Below are positions 38,634 through 52,564 of a stretch of DNA of 64,000 nt, piece after piece; the stretch's first letter is position 1, and each line of letters begins with the position of its first letter. Made by a program: the position numbers and the translations under genes. This DNA comes from Felis catus (lineage: Eukaryota): assembly GCF_018350175.1 (NCBI RefSeq), contig NC_058368.1, positions 203,300,001 through 203,364,000 on the forward strand. The letters are read 5' to 3'. The notes below the pieces were generated by a model. It was not told the origin of the DNA and made no database searches. It saw only the letters and a list, made by a program, of their open reading frames with translations.

Positions 38634-41600
38634 AAAAAATAAAAAAAAAATCAATTCCCAGGCTCTGCCCAACCTACCGAGACCAAATTACTGGGTGAAA
38701 TCTGCAGTTTCAAAAAATGCAGATATTGTCCCCAATGCCCACAAGGCCAGGACTTGGACCCAGTATTCCAAACTGCAACAAAATTCATCAGGTCCCTGTC
38801 ATCTGACACAGAAAACTTGAGAATCAGCCTATGACTGTTAAGACATGTAAGGCAGTGAATTAACCAATAGAGCGATATTTCTCACTTAGATCACCTTTTA
38901 TACCTCATATTCAGATTGGTGTGGCATTTCTACCTGACTCTTCCTTCAGTAGAAAGCATTTCATTACTTTGCCAAAGCGCTAACTTGGAAAGAATACGCA
39001 CAAGTCACCAAAATGTGCCTGACCGTGTTCATTCTGTGTCAGTGTGCTAGGTTTTTAAAGAGGCATATTTTACATGTTACTTAAGTTGAATGCCTATCTT
39101 CACATAAATATAATTGACATATATTTTGCATTAAATCTCAGATAAAGTAATCTTATGAGTCTTTAAACTCATGTAATTATCTAAAACTTAAAGGACAGAC
39201 CATTTGTTTTACTGCCGGGTATTTGAACAGCTAATGGTCTGTAAAACAGCAAACATAACTTGGGTTTTATTCTATTTGTCCACTAAATTTGTCCACTTGT
39301 TGGGTTTTCTAAAAAAAAAAAAAACGCTCTTAGCTGATTCTGGGTTGGACGAACAACACATTCCCATACACCTGCAACTAGAAAACAGGTCCACAAACTG
39401 CCCTCACTTTTTCTTTCTGCCTTGGGCGATAGTGCGAGTCTGAAATCAAGATAATGTTTACAGTTTATGTCTCTCAAGTGCTCAAGGACTCTGGGCTCAT
39501 AAAAGCTGCAGAATAAGATTTTCCTTTGGTTTTTTGTTTCTGTTTTTGTTTTTGTTTTTGTTTGTGCATTTTGCCAGCTTCCCTTTGAGGCAGTAATGCC
39601 CACCAGCTGGCTTTCTTAGAATGGAAATCCTTCGGCAACATGCTTGATTCAGAACTGCTTTTCCTCAGTCATCAGCTTAAAATAAAATAAAAACGTTTAA
39701 TTGTGGATTATATGATAAATGGCAAAGAAACTCAGTTTTCACTGAAGAAAGTTTTAAATACAAAGTAAGTGACCAGATGCATGGGTGAATGGTGGATAGA
39801 TAGATGGCGAGGGAGGTAAATAAAAGCTTTAAATAAATAAGAATTAAACAAAACTATCCCTCTCTATAATTCTGTATCTAATCCCCCGAAGTATAATATC
39901 ATTACTTAAATTTCAATATGTGTAATAAAAATTTTTAAGACTTTAAAATCGACCACTCTCTTTCCCCAGATACCTACAATGTTTATTTATCCTGTTCATT
40001 TCTCTTTCTGATCGCTTTGTTCACTAACTGCCCCTAAAAGAATTTGTTAATCTACAGGAAAATTGAGGACCAAGGGACCTTGATTTACTTCAGTGATAGA
40101 TCTTCTTAAATTTACATTCATTAGTCTTCTTGAAAATGAAACACACCAAGCTAATAGGTTGTATCCATGCCTTTCTTAACCTTTGAAAGCAAGCGGCGTG
40201 TACCAGGCGTATAGTAAATGTCTAAAACAAACTTGCTGAATTCAACTAACTATTGCTCACATTACACATAAATTGCAGCCTTAAGAGGAGCAATGTGTGA
40301 AAGCGCACTTTGTAATGACCCAGTTTAGTTGGACAGATGAAAGTCTGGGGCGTAGCGTTTCAGTGGCTTGATCCATCTGCCACCAGTCACTTGTGGGAAG
40401 AGGCTTCTGTTTCTTGTCAGCCAGCAATAGGAAGCACGGCAGGATTTAGTAGCTGCCGCAGAACCAAAAGAAAGGGCGCACACCATCCCTGTCAAGTCAG
40501 GGATAGGATCCTGGCTGCCTTATCCTCCCCATCTGGTAAATAAACATTCTTCACACTGTTTTGCCTCAGATACTACCTCACTTACTAAGTTGGGAAAAAA
40601 TACACTCAGTAAGGAGCTCAATAAACCCATTTATACATATCACTTATGTTTTAACTCACAGGGGCTTTCTATCAATTGAAAAAGTCAACAATTTGGCTTG
40701 TTCAAATTTCTCTCCAACCACCTCTGATTATTTGATAGAGTCCCCCAAAGTGAGACTTTAGTAACACTATCAAGATACCATTTCCATTTTCAGATTCACA
40801 ACGTGCACATAGTCAAAGCCAACATGAAAGATGAGAGGCAGTCCCCTCAGTTAAACTACAAATGGTTTTGTCTCTTTCCTATTAAAAAGAAAGTGGAATA
40901 CTTGATATACTCATGATTTGACATTAGATTCAGCACTAGGGGCCTGCCAAAATGGGAAATCTTTGTATTCAGCTAATGGCCATGTAATTTGACGATATGA
41001 GGCCATATTAACAATGTTTGCTTTCTCTCTTTCTTTCTACCTTCAGAGCAGTCCCTTTGTTCAATACTCACTACCTCCTTTCTGACTTAAAGGAAAAAGA
41101 GAGCAACGTAATTTGATGTGCAGCCACTGAATGCATGTGTAATACTATCCTAAGTGAAAAGTAAACTCATAATATTCCCCCAAATAGAATTTCAGCAGCA
41201 AAATTCCCTTAGTGAACAGAGCCTTGCTTGGGGTGGGGTTGGTGGGTGGCAGGGCAAGGGAAATGAGGTGAGGGTCCATCCCTCAGTCAGTGCCTCTGGA
41301 GGTAGGAGGCAGACATCAGTGCGCACTAAAGATCTTCCAGGAGACTGTGAGTTGGGCTTTCTTCCATTCCCCAGTTTTTGAATATCAAGACGCCGTATCT
41401 TGTTTTTGAGGAGATAATTCAGAAAAATAGGGAAATACAGACAAAAGTGGGGTTTTTTTTTGTCTGTTTACTTGCTTGCTAATTAAACTCCAATATCATT
41501 TATTTGTAAAGGTTTGAAAGAATAAGTTTCTTATTAGTGAAGTGGGATATTAAAAATTTCCTTCGTATGAGGTGATTGATACAGGCTATTAGCTTTGTGC

Positions 41601-43261
41601 GGTGCCTGCTAATAAAAAGACAAATGTGTATTTGGTGAAGAATAAAGAGACGTGGAAGCATTATAGCGCTCCCATGATCAGGCAACTTTCAATCACTGAA
41701 GTAGACACAATAGAAGTGACAATTTTCGCTTTCTGTAATTCCACGTGTTCAAATCGTCAGCCAGCCTAGAAGAAAGGACTTTTACATGATGTTTAGGGGG
41801 CTTGGCTTTAGAATAAACAGGGTAATTCTCTTTAGTGAGTGTCCAGTCTTTTCTGGGTAAATTAGGACAAATTACCAAGTAGCTGCTAGAAGAGAGTTAG
41901 GTCGGACAAATTACTTAGAGACGATTATGAGACAATTGTATCGGGCTCCTATGCTCCAATTTCCTTTTCTTGCACCCCCACCCCACAACTCTGGGCCTGG
42001 CCCTGGGCAGTGCTTGCCTAAACTGCGTGTCCTAGCTTGGTCTCTATTTTCTCATCCAGTTTTGAACAGCAGAGCCATAAGTTTAATGGGAGGGACCCAC
42101 AAATAAAACAAAAGTGACAAGGTATTAAGTATAATGTTGCAAAAAGTTCAAATTTTGAATTTTATACTCCTTCCCATATCAATCAGTGAGAATAGTTACC
42201 CGTGACAGTTACAGCCTCACCATCTGAATACATGTCTATGTTTTACTATGGTTATGGTACCAAGAAAACTCTGAAACATACAGACAATTTGTTCAATGGA
42301 AAAGACTCAGAAGCTTACAAGAACATTTGAAAGCAAAGTTTGTTTCTAAGTCATACTACAAGGTTTATAAGTCCACATGTCTCTAGTAGGTATCCAACTT
42401 GGAGACGAAGGGAATAGATTCCTTGGATGGCAAATATTTGCTAGGAAGCAGAACATAAATTTAAATATATTTGCAATACTATGAAATAGTTAATTACCTA
42501 TATATAATTTCCGATACATTAGTATTTATCTGTCAGATATCCACTCAATGTGAACAGTCACATTACTTTGCTTTAATGTGAGGTTCAGATGTCTGCTTCC
42601 TTTCTGACACTCTATCTAGCTGTAAATGACGCTTTGCCCGATTAAAGCCATCCAGCTCTTTAAGACACTGGTAAGAGAGGCAAGATGATGAAATCTTGTT
42701 TAAGGAGTCATTAGCTAAAGAATTTACTTTATCAGAAAACAAACAAAAATATGTAGTGTTCTCCTGCCTCGTTTGAAATACTTGATTCAGTACCTTACCG
42801 CAAGGCATTTATCAAATCAGCACAGCAAGGGACATTTCTGGAACTTACTGCCAATATGATTACAGGAAACTGAAAAGTCTGCAATTGCCCATCAGCGAAC
42901 TGAGTCAGGTTCAGAAAATAACTGTAAATGTTCATATTTGTCATCGTAGAGTGACAGTTTTGTATTTACGTATAAATATGCTGACGTGATAAAAAATGTT
43001 ATGTGTATATATAACATTAAACTGTTCGGTAAATGATGAAAGAAGGTAAGAACCTTATTTTCACGCACTGAATGTTTTCTTTCAAAATGACATTGTAACT
43101 ACAAGGACTATAAAAACATTTACCGATTTCACAACAGAACATATATCATGGATTTAGGTAATGTTCGTAACATAAAAGGTGAATGCCAGTGAATTACTAG
43201 AATCTACTTTTATGTCATCTAGAAATGTTCTGTGAGAATTACAGACCCATTCTTTTAAGAG

Positions 43262-43450
43262 GCAGCATCAGGGGTAAGAGAAAGTCCCTGAGATCATCAA
43301 AGCCATCCTTCCCTTTCAAAACCGAGCTCACTAGCCATGTGGCCTGAGGTAATTGAATAAACATTTTGTGCCTCACTTTCCTCTTCTGTAAAGTAGAGAA
43401 AGAGACAGTCCTCACCCACAGGATTATTATAAGGATGATTTAAACTGTGT
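43262..43450 (+). mobile_element. MIR
   Basis: ctcactagccatgtggcctgaggtaa...gtgcctcactttcctcttctgtaaag. Confidence 0.7.
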
Positions 43451-43455
43451 CACAT

Positions 43456-44108
43456 ACAGGCATACCTTGATATTTGCAGGACCTGAAATAAGAATACAAA
43501 CGAAACCTCAAATATCATATTTCTAAATATTTACACGTTATTAAAAGGGACAATGAACTATTCAATGAAATATGTTCCACTTCTAGCCTTGCAAATATAC
43601 CCTCAGAAGGATGTGGATGGTTGGGTTTGCACTTAGAACTTCGGACTCCTTAGAGCCCTGCGCTGGCACATGGTGACATGAGTAATACTGGCCTCCCGGT
43701 TGCAGCGACCTCCTTTTCCTCCAAACCTTGGCTTCATTCCACAACCTGAAGGGCGTTTTATGGATGTACTTGGTCACTGTGACTGCATGTCAAAGCTCTA
43801 TAGATATCCAATTAAGAGTCACCCCAGGGCTGCCCCTCGGTGCTAGGGAGGTACATACACACTGGTAGTTTAGAACTACCTCCGAAGGATGGATCCAGGG
43901 GAGATCTGCATGCAGATTTTGGAAGTGGCTGGAAGGCGGGGAATTCTGGGAACAAGGATACCTAAGGGATACTCTGGAAGAGAGTCATGGGCATGAAGCC
44001 AAGGACACATGGAGAGGGAAGCAGCCAGCCATAGGAGGACAAAAATAGGACCCTTTCAGGAATGGACCCAGGACAGAGTCCCTGCTTGCCCAGATCTAAA
44101 GTCAGTAT
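43456..44108 (-). mobile_element. MER115-like hAT-Tip100 DNA transposon
   Basis: tctaaatattta...aaatatgtt...ccttgcaaatataccctca...ttagaacttcggactccttagag and terminal cctgcttgcccagatctaaagtcagta match recalled MER115. Confidence 0.75.
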
Positions 44109-44409
44109 AATTTACACCAAAACTTAGGGCAGTTAAATAAAAAATGAAGTTCTCACCATTATGTTCCATTCTATTTTCAAAGTATGAAACTGTTGTGAAA
44201 TTAGTTTATGCTACAACTTATCATATTTTGTTCAGCCTAATCATTCTCACCACAGTCAGCATCAAATGAAATTTTTAATTTTCTGTTTATAATTTTAAAA
44301 ATCCACTTCTGGTTTTAAAGGTAATTCTTGTACCTTTTTCTTTAAAAAAGTACATTGTTGATCAAAGTTAGCCCCAAAAAGAAATCACTGAAAAATGTCC
44401 AGTAACACA

Positions 44410-44612
44410 GGGCGCTTGGGTGGCTCTGTCAGTTGAGCCTCCAACTTCAGCTCAGGTCATGATCTCATGGTCTGTGAGTTTGAGCCCCACATCCCGCTTT
44501 GTGCCAGCAGCTCAGAGCCTGGAGCCTGCTTCCAGTTCTGTGTCTCCTCTCTCTGCCCGTCCCCCATTCTCTCTCTCTCCCTCTCTCTCAAAAATAAATA
44601 AACATTTAAAAA
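44410..44612 (+). mobile_element. SINEC
   Basis: TSD aaaaatgtcca(a)gtaaca. Confidence 0.95.
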
Positions 44613-45527
44613 AATGTCCAAGTAACATTGTCCATTGTCACTATAAAAGAGTTAAATGTTAAAAAAAAAAGAGCATTAAAATTTAACCTAAATGCAAAAG
44701 AAACTACGATATGGTATCTCCACATTAGACCTTCCACGTTCACTTGTTCCAGGGCAACTGATGATTATAGAGGGCTTAGCTCCTGCAGCCACCTGATGGG
44801 CCTGAACCTTGCCAGGGGTGTGATTGCAAAGCGTGGGTCTGGAAACAATAGTCTGACTTGAATATTCTCACAGGGCTGGATAGGTTAACCCCGCAAACAA
44901 ACATCCACGACAAAAACAAAGAGCGAGCACCAAATCAAAACCAGGACGGAGCAAGAAACCCCTGATCAAATATATTTTGAGTACTTCAAATAAATGCTCA
45001 AAAGCAGCCAGAGGAGCTTTGTTCTCAGTTCAACACAGAACAAATGAGTTAAGCCAGCAGCATCTCTCACTAACATGAAGTCAGCAATACTCAAAATGTC
45101 TTATTATGTGCATTTTTTTAAAGAACATTTGCCATTTTACTGTCAGAGTGGTAGCAGACAGGCATAGGTGTGTGGGTAGAGCCCCAGGAAACAGACATGT
45201 ACTCTCCCCTGGCCCTGAGACCTGTCAAGGTGCTTAGTGACCATCACAGGAAGGCAGTGGTTTTGAGTGGGTGGCATAGACCTCCCAGGAAACTGGTCCA
45301 GTAATCTCTGTGATGGCACAATTTGGTGTTCACCCATTCAGTGACTGTTCATCTCAACCTCATGTGCTGAGAATTCACGATAGAGATAGGAATACTAACC
45401 TGGTTTTATTCCAGAGGCTACTTTGAACTTTTCTGCTCTTAACCTTGTTTCTAGCTTGGAGTGGTGAAGGTAAAAATTTATTCCAGGGACTGACCTATTA
45501 GTTAGAACTTTCAAATGTTAAATGATC

Positions 45528-45743
45528 TTTTTTTAAATTTTTTTTAAGTTTATTCATTTTTCAGAGAGAGAGAGACAGAGTACAGGGGAGGGGTAGAGAG
45601 AGAGGGAGACACAGAATCCGAAGTAGGCTCCAGGCTCCGAGCTGTCAGCACAGAGCCTGACGTGGGGCTCGAACTCACAAACTATGAGATCATGACCTGA
45701 GCTGAAGTCGGACGCTCAACCGACCGCACCACCCAGGCGCCCC
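45528..45743 (-). mobile_element. SINEC
   Basis: TSD ttaaatgatctttttt. Confidence 0.95.
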
Positions 45744-46566
45744 TTAAATGATCTTTTTAAAATTGCACTGGAATTAAAAGCATGAAGATTGCCCTTAGCA
45801 CCTCCAACAAACACTGCTTCCACTGAAAAGGTTTAAAACCTTAGTTTTCACCACCACCCCTCACTTTTACCAGGATGATCATAATTAGACACCCTTGCTT
45901 AAAAATTTACTTGAAAATACAGTCCCGACTACTTAAAGGGAAATGATTTTTAATATAAGCCTACTATATCCCTCTGATTCTAAATTTCTGCTATTCTCTG
46001 AAATAAGCTTTCTTCTACCTTAGCAGATCTCTCATATTGGACCCACCCTCCCCAATCTTTGCTTAATACATGCTATCTAGATTAATCTCAGCATTGGATG
46101 AATAAGCATAGGGTGGAACTCTATTCAGTGGCTATCAATAGATAGCTACTGTGACTGAGGCAAAACACATTTATGTCCTTGGAAAGGAGACTTAGGTCAA
46201 CACAGGTAGAGAAACCATTACCGGGAATGCTCTGATTTGGTCAGAATAGGAAGTATAGAGAGTTATGTGGAATGACCTGATCTGATCAGATTAGAAATAT
46301 ATAGAGTCATGTGTGGCCAAGAATCTGCACAATGATAGAAGGCCTTGGAGGCTTGTGTTTCTGGTGTTAACTGAGGGGAGGAACTAATGGAAGATACAAT
46401 GGAATTCATTTTGAGGGCAAGGAGGCTATTTGATTCTAATTATACACTACATATTAGATTTTGTCCCTCAACGTCAGTGTCACAGGCTGGGGGAAGATGA
46501 AGAGGCTGACAGTCTCACATGGAGCATACAGTTCCAGAAGTCTTCCTTAAAAATAGTTTTTCTATC

Positions 46567-46790
46567 GGCGCGCCTGGGTGGCGCAGTCGGTTAAGCGTCC
46601 GACTTCAGCCAGGTCACGATCTTGCGGTCCGCGAGTTCGAGCCCCGCATCAGGCTCTGGGCTGATGGTTCAGAGCCTGGAGCCTGTTTCCGATTCTGTGT
46701 CTCCCTCTCTCTCTGCCCCTCCCCCGTTCATGCTCTGTCTCTCTCTGTCCCCAAAATAAATAAATGTTGAAAAAAAAATTTAAAAAAAAA
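46567..46790 (+). mobile_element. SINEC_Fc (young), no evident TSD
   Basis: Near-consensus CpG-rich body. Confidence 0.95.
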
Positions 46791-47279
46791 TTTGGTGGAT
46801 CTTTTCATTTTCTTCCCTGCTATAGGGAAAACTCATTACATATGCCTACTTTAGTCAAGAAATTCTGTAGAGATTCATGAGAATATCATAAGATTTCTGG
46901 GAATCTGAAGTAAGCAACCAATTGTTGTGGGCTCTTGAGTAATCCTTTTCCTCACCTATAACAAATTATCATAGTATGGTCTACCTCATATGATTATTGA
47001 AAGGATTACCTAAAGTAATGCATAAGTATAGCACCTAGTAATAGCTCCATTTTTTTTTGAATTATTACTATTTTTATTCTGGCAAATTTATTAAAACTTG
47101 CTCCAAGTCTTAAATCCCGTAAGTTATGTGGTATAAATGAATAAATACTCAAAACTAAATAAGTGTAATATTTAAGGGCTGACACATGAATCCCTCTTAG
47201 GAAGAAAACCGTTCTCGACAAACTCCTGTATTATCGATTAGACCAGGGGAACATGTGACCACCTTAATTTGTTTATCCC

Positions 47280-47780
47280 TTTATTCATTCACTCGTGTTC
47301 ATTAGCTAAGTGCTTACCAGTAGGATTTGAAGTTATAGCAACAGAACAGATAAAGCCATTACTCCCATAAAGTTAGTGTTTAATGGGGTACACACATGTA
47401 CACACACACACACACACACAATTTTAAGGGGTGATAAGTACCATGAAAAAAAAACAGGGCAAGAAGACAAAGAATGATGAAGTGGGTTAGGAGGCTTAGG
47501 ATAGATAAGATGGTCACAGAAGGCGTTGAAGAGATGACATTTAAATCAAGACCCAGATGAAGTGAGGCTGTTGGTGAGGAGAAGTTGAAGCAGAAAGAAG
47601 AACAAGCACAAAGGATCTGGTGTGGGAACAGACTTGGCAAGTTGGCTGGGCAGGAGGAGACTGGGGTGGCCAAAGTTCAAGCTATAAAGGACTTTATATT
47701 TCATTCTAATAGCAACTCTTTTTCTAATAACCATAAAGGAATGACTAAGCTGTTCTAAATGGTATAATAAGAGAATTTCT
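47280..47780 (-). mobile_element. L2 fragment
   Basis: attcattcactcg...gatggtcacagaaggcgttgaagagatgacatttaaatcaagaccc. Confidence 0.65.
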
Positions 47781-47784
47781 TTAA

Positions 47785-48005
47785 ACTAACAGAAGACCAC
47801 AGGGGAAGAGAAAGGGAAAAAATAGTTAAAAACAGAGAGAGAGGGAGGCAAACCATAAGAGACTCTTAAATACAGAAAACAAACAGGGTTTATGGGAGGT
47901 GGGGAGAAAGGAAAGTCGGTGACGGGCATTGAGGAGGGCACTTGTTGGATGAGCACTGGGTGCTGTATGTAAGCCAATTTGACAATAAATTATATTAATT
48001 CATTA
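47785..48005 (+). mobile_element. L1_Fc/L1_Carn 3' end
   Basis: ggcaaaccataagagactcttaaatacagaaaacaaac...gggcattgaggagggcacttgttggatgagcactgggtg. Confidence 0.9.
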
Positions 48006-48049
48006 ATACACTATTAACTAATTTAAAATAAATGGTACTGAGGTATAAA

Positions 48050-48380
48050 ACTGAAGGGAAAAAGCCATTCCCATTAACCCAGTACCTCTCCTTAAAAGAA
48101 ATCTCTCATAATTTGGGGGTATCCTTTCACTTCAAAATATATTTATTTACTTCCAAAAATGGAAACATAACAGATATCAATTTGCACCTTGTTTTTTTTT
48201 TTTACTTCTAATATCTTTTGGAGACTTTTCCTTTCAAGACTGTATATGTTTTTAAATTGACTGCTTGTTGTTAAATGACTGCTCAATATCACACTGTATG
48301 AATTACCCTGATTGATAACAGCCTTTTTTATAAGGTAATTTTGTTTCCAATGTTTGCAATTACAAACAACACTATTATCT
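48050..48380 (-). mobile_element. L1ME-like fragment
   Basis: Degenerate antisense L1 3' region (tgtttccaatgtttgcaattacaaacaac). Confidence 0.5.
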
Positions 48381-49799
48381 ACGTCGTGGGGTGTATACGT
48401 AAACTCATAACTTTATTCCGAAGTACCTTTCCAGAGGAGCTGAAAGACTAGTGGAAATGAAATGCCATCAAGTGGATGTAGCTGCAGGAGTCAGTCAGGG
48501 GGTCTGATACTGAGTGTGAAGTCACCCTTTTTTGCAACAATGCAAATGCTTCTGCCCTCTTAATTCCCTCTTGTCCCAATCTTCCAGAGAGTTCTCTACA
48601 CTCACGAATGTTTCATATGAGTAGGCTATATTTTTGTTTTGTGACAAAAAATAAAAAGTTCAGAGTGTAAATCTGAAATGATAGGGTGGATAAAAGACAC
48701 GGGAAGCAACAGGCTGGAAGAAGAGGAACCATGAGATCTCAAGCTACCCAGATTTCACTGACATTTTGAAAAGTGTTTCAGCCTTCCACGCGGTGGGTAT
48801 CAAGATTCAAACAATTTTACCTAGATTTCAAGGAGCACAAAGTGGCCCCCGCTGACATCTGGGTTACATATTTAATACCCAAACATCCAAGGAGGGGGAA
48901 TCAGTCAAGCTAATTCTTTTGATTTTGTGTAAACAAATAACCGATTGATGGACTGATTACTTCACTTGTTTTGGATTTCTATACACATAGCCACATGCCA
49001 GTGATGAAAAATAAAGTATCATCTTCAAATTCAGAGCAATGTACAGGACCATGCTATATTGTTCATAGCGATCTAGGTTGAGAACAATGTATCTACTAAA
49101 GTTCCTCTTAATTCCCGTTTATTTCAAAATACCAAAAGCAACATCAATTGCAAGCAAATAATTATCACTTGCCGAGAATACAAATGACCTCATTCATTAT
49201 TTTGGCTTCTTTGCTTTTCTTTTTTCTGCCAATAGCATTTTATTATTTTATTTTATTATTCATTTGTTTTTCCACAATAGGTTGTGCTGAGAAAAAAAGA
49301 GTAGAAACCCTATTTTTTCAGGTGCCTTACTGTTTAAGGTCAATACCAATATTTTGATTAAATAAATTGGACATTTCTATGCTTTTTATTCATTCATGTT
49401 TTCATTTAATTTCTGGAAAGCAAATACTGTTTCAACTATCAAGAATGAGCCAATTATTATCCAGTCCCTAAAATAAGTAAGTTAGAAAAACATTCAATAC
49501 CATTCACTTATCTCTGCTTATAAATATTATTACACATTCATTGTGGAAGATAGAAATATATATATTTGTATTTAATAAATATATGTATAGAAAAAAACAA
49601 CTGGCTGGCTTCCTGCTTATTTGCAGTTTCTATGCTATTTTGGAAAATGGGATCTTAATAAATTACGTGGATATTAAGCTAAAGCCTGGATTATCAAAGC
49701 AAACTACAGAATCGACTCCTATAGTTATCCTTTAATAATTATTATTATAAATCTAGGACTTTATAGTTCTAATCAGAAAAAAAGGCTAACATTCCTTTC

Positions 49800-50690
49800 A
49801 TTTTTTTCCTAACTCCCATAGCTTTGATTATCATCTGTTTAAAATACCTCGAATCCAGATTATTTTCCTGAATTGCAAACCTACATACCCAGCTGTCTGC
49901 TAGAAATAGCCACTTCGAGTTCCTATGCATACCTCAAACTCTACAAGTCTAAACTATCTTAGAAAAGTTTCTTCATCTGGAGTTGACTTTTCTGTGTTTC
50001 TCATCTTACTTAATAGCAACAAAAATAGCAACCCACCCAATTAATGGATCAAGCAAAACATCTTCTGCCCTCCTCTCTCACTCCCCATATCTGATCACTG
50101 AGTCTTATTTAATTTGTGTCTTAAATATTTCTTGGCTCAATTTACTTCTTTCCATCCTCACTGCTTCTAGCCTGACTTAGATTACCACTTCCCTCACCTA
50201 GGTAACATCCTCTTCATGAATGGTGCCCCTGGAGTTGTGGAGCAGACAACATTTGGAGTCCTTTCGGTCTCATCTTTCATCCTCATCCCCTCAAACTCTA
50301 CCCTATAGCATATTAAATATTTTTAACTCCTTAAATGTTCAATACTTGTATAAGTGTCACTGTATGTATATCACACACACACACACACACACACATACAT
50401 ACACACACACACACAATTTTCTCTGAGATACTGTATATCATCACCCCTATGATCACTAACAAGGGTAGGTTGGGTGTCCCTTCAACACAATCCCAAAACA
50501 CCTGCTACTTCCTAATGAGATCAGTTATTACTTTTATTATAATCATTCATTTGCCTGATTATGCCCTTCAGTGGACATAATACATATTTCAAGAACATAT
50601 ATATATTTTTATCATTGTGTCTTCAATATCCAGAGTAGACATATAGCAAACATTTCCTAAATGAGAGAATTAATGGATCAATGAATATAT
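49800..50690 (+). mobile_element. L2 fragment containing (CA)n
   Basis: acctcaaactctacaagtctaaact...tatagcaaacatttcctaaatga. Confidence 0.55.
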
Positions 50691-52564
50691 GCTAATGTTC
50701 AGGCAAAAATATGGTAAGACAAGGGTCCTGACCACATTAAAGCCAAGAATTATGGTGAAGTAGGAGATATTCATATATAAGATTGGTGTCATTAGTATTA
50801 TTCCATATCTAAGGTAAACTGCAGTGCTTATTCTTTAACTCCAAAAGGTGAGAATTATTAACACTGCCCCTACAAGTAGAAACGTTCAAGGAAAGGCTAG
50901 GATCTATGGTGTGTCATTTCCTGATTTCACCATGTTTGGAAATGACAGTTCAGCTCTAGCTGAACACAGCCAGACAACTCCCAAGGATACAACTAAAAAC
51001 ACTCAAGTTGCCAGTAAATTGTTTTCCAAAAGAGTGATTATTAGGACAACAAAATCACATAAATAAGAAATGGAAAATGCATGCATGACAGGTCATGTAA
51101 TCTCTCCTGCGAGAATACTCTCTTAACTGTTGGCTTCACTGCTCATTAGGGTGAATTTTAAGTACAACCAGTGATGTAAATACCACCCTTACCCCTGGGA
51201 GGCTATTGTGCAAACCAAAAGTTTTCATTGCTTCTACTCAGATAAAACCTTTGAAAATCTGCATTTTCCTCAATGTGTACATTTTATTCTAGCTTTCTCA
51301 TGCCTCTATCTTTTTAGATTATATAAATAAAAATAAGTGGTGATATAATCTTGGAGCAATAGCGTTCATTTAACTAAGAGTTATGAGAAGCAAATTTACT
51401 CTTTCCACTTTAACATTGAAAAATATGCTTTCATTTCATTCCATTGATGTTTAAAAATTGGAAGGGGCAAATAAGTCAGAATTTGTCACTTCAGTAGGTT
51501 AAACCTTACTAAATCGCAGGAGACTTCAGATTTATTTGCTGTGATGCAAACATTTTCAATGGAATATTGCTTAATTGAATAAGCTGTCAGTTGGAGCTGA
51601 GAAATGTTTGAATTATATAGAACCTTATGAAAGTTACTTTCGTTTGTCATTTTAATCTTATTTTTCCTTGAGAATCTTGCCTGTCTTATCTCAATATGTT
51701 ACCCTATATCCTGTAATTAAAGATATTTTGTTCCAATGAAGGCCAATACTGGCCTTTTATCTGCAACATTTCCTAAAGATTAATATTCTGCATACCAATT
51801 TCCTGAATTTGGGGCATACTTTATATTACTGTAGCATTTTTCGCTGAATACTTTGAGATTAATTATTGTTTAAACTTAAATATATTTTTAAGTAATGTTT
51901 ATGTCATGGATTTGTTTTTTTTCTCCTAATATACATAAATGCATACAATTTAAACATTATTTCATAACTTCTAAAATACCTTGTAGCCCACATTTTGGGA
52001 AAACTATTCTACCATATTACATTATAAATCTATGGATAATTTTCTTCTTCTTCTATAAAAGACTCAGAGCTATTTTCTGATAGTCTCCTGCCAGTTAAAA
52101 ATCTGTATTATATATTTTTTAGATTTGTTGTCCTGTCCTCTTATTACTATAAAATCTATTTAATTTTAACAAATATAGAGAAATTATGTAAAAATTAGAA
52201 GATTAGTTTATTTCTTTGATATGTTGCTAATGGAGGTGCTATTGAACCTACTCTAATAAGCAGTTAAAGTATATAATTAATAACACTTAAGCAAGTGGTA
52301 CTGTTTTAAAAATTCTATTTTATTGCCACTAGTTATTGCCTGAATATTATGCACTTATACTGTTTTACATAACATTTTCAAAAGTCGACTTAAGTAGAAA
52401 TTCTAAATTAGATATTGATTCCTAGAAAATCTTACATTTAGCAGTTAGCTTAAGTTAGCAATTAGCTATCTCTGGTTACTATATTGGGTACCTCTGAAAA
52501 CACTTCTGCTTCAAAATTATTGAGGAAAACTTCTCTTTACCAATCAGTAAATAGAGATTTACAA

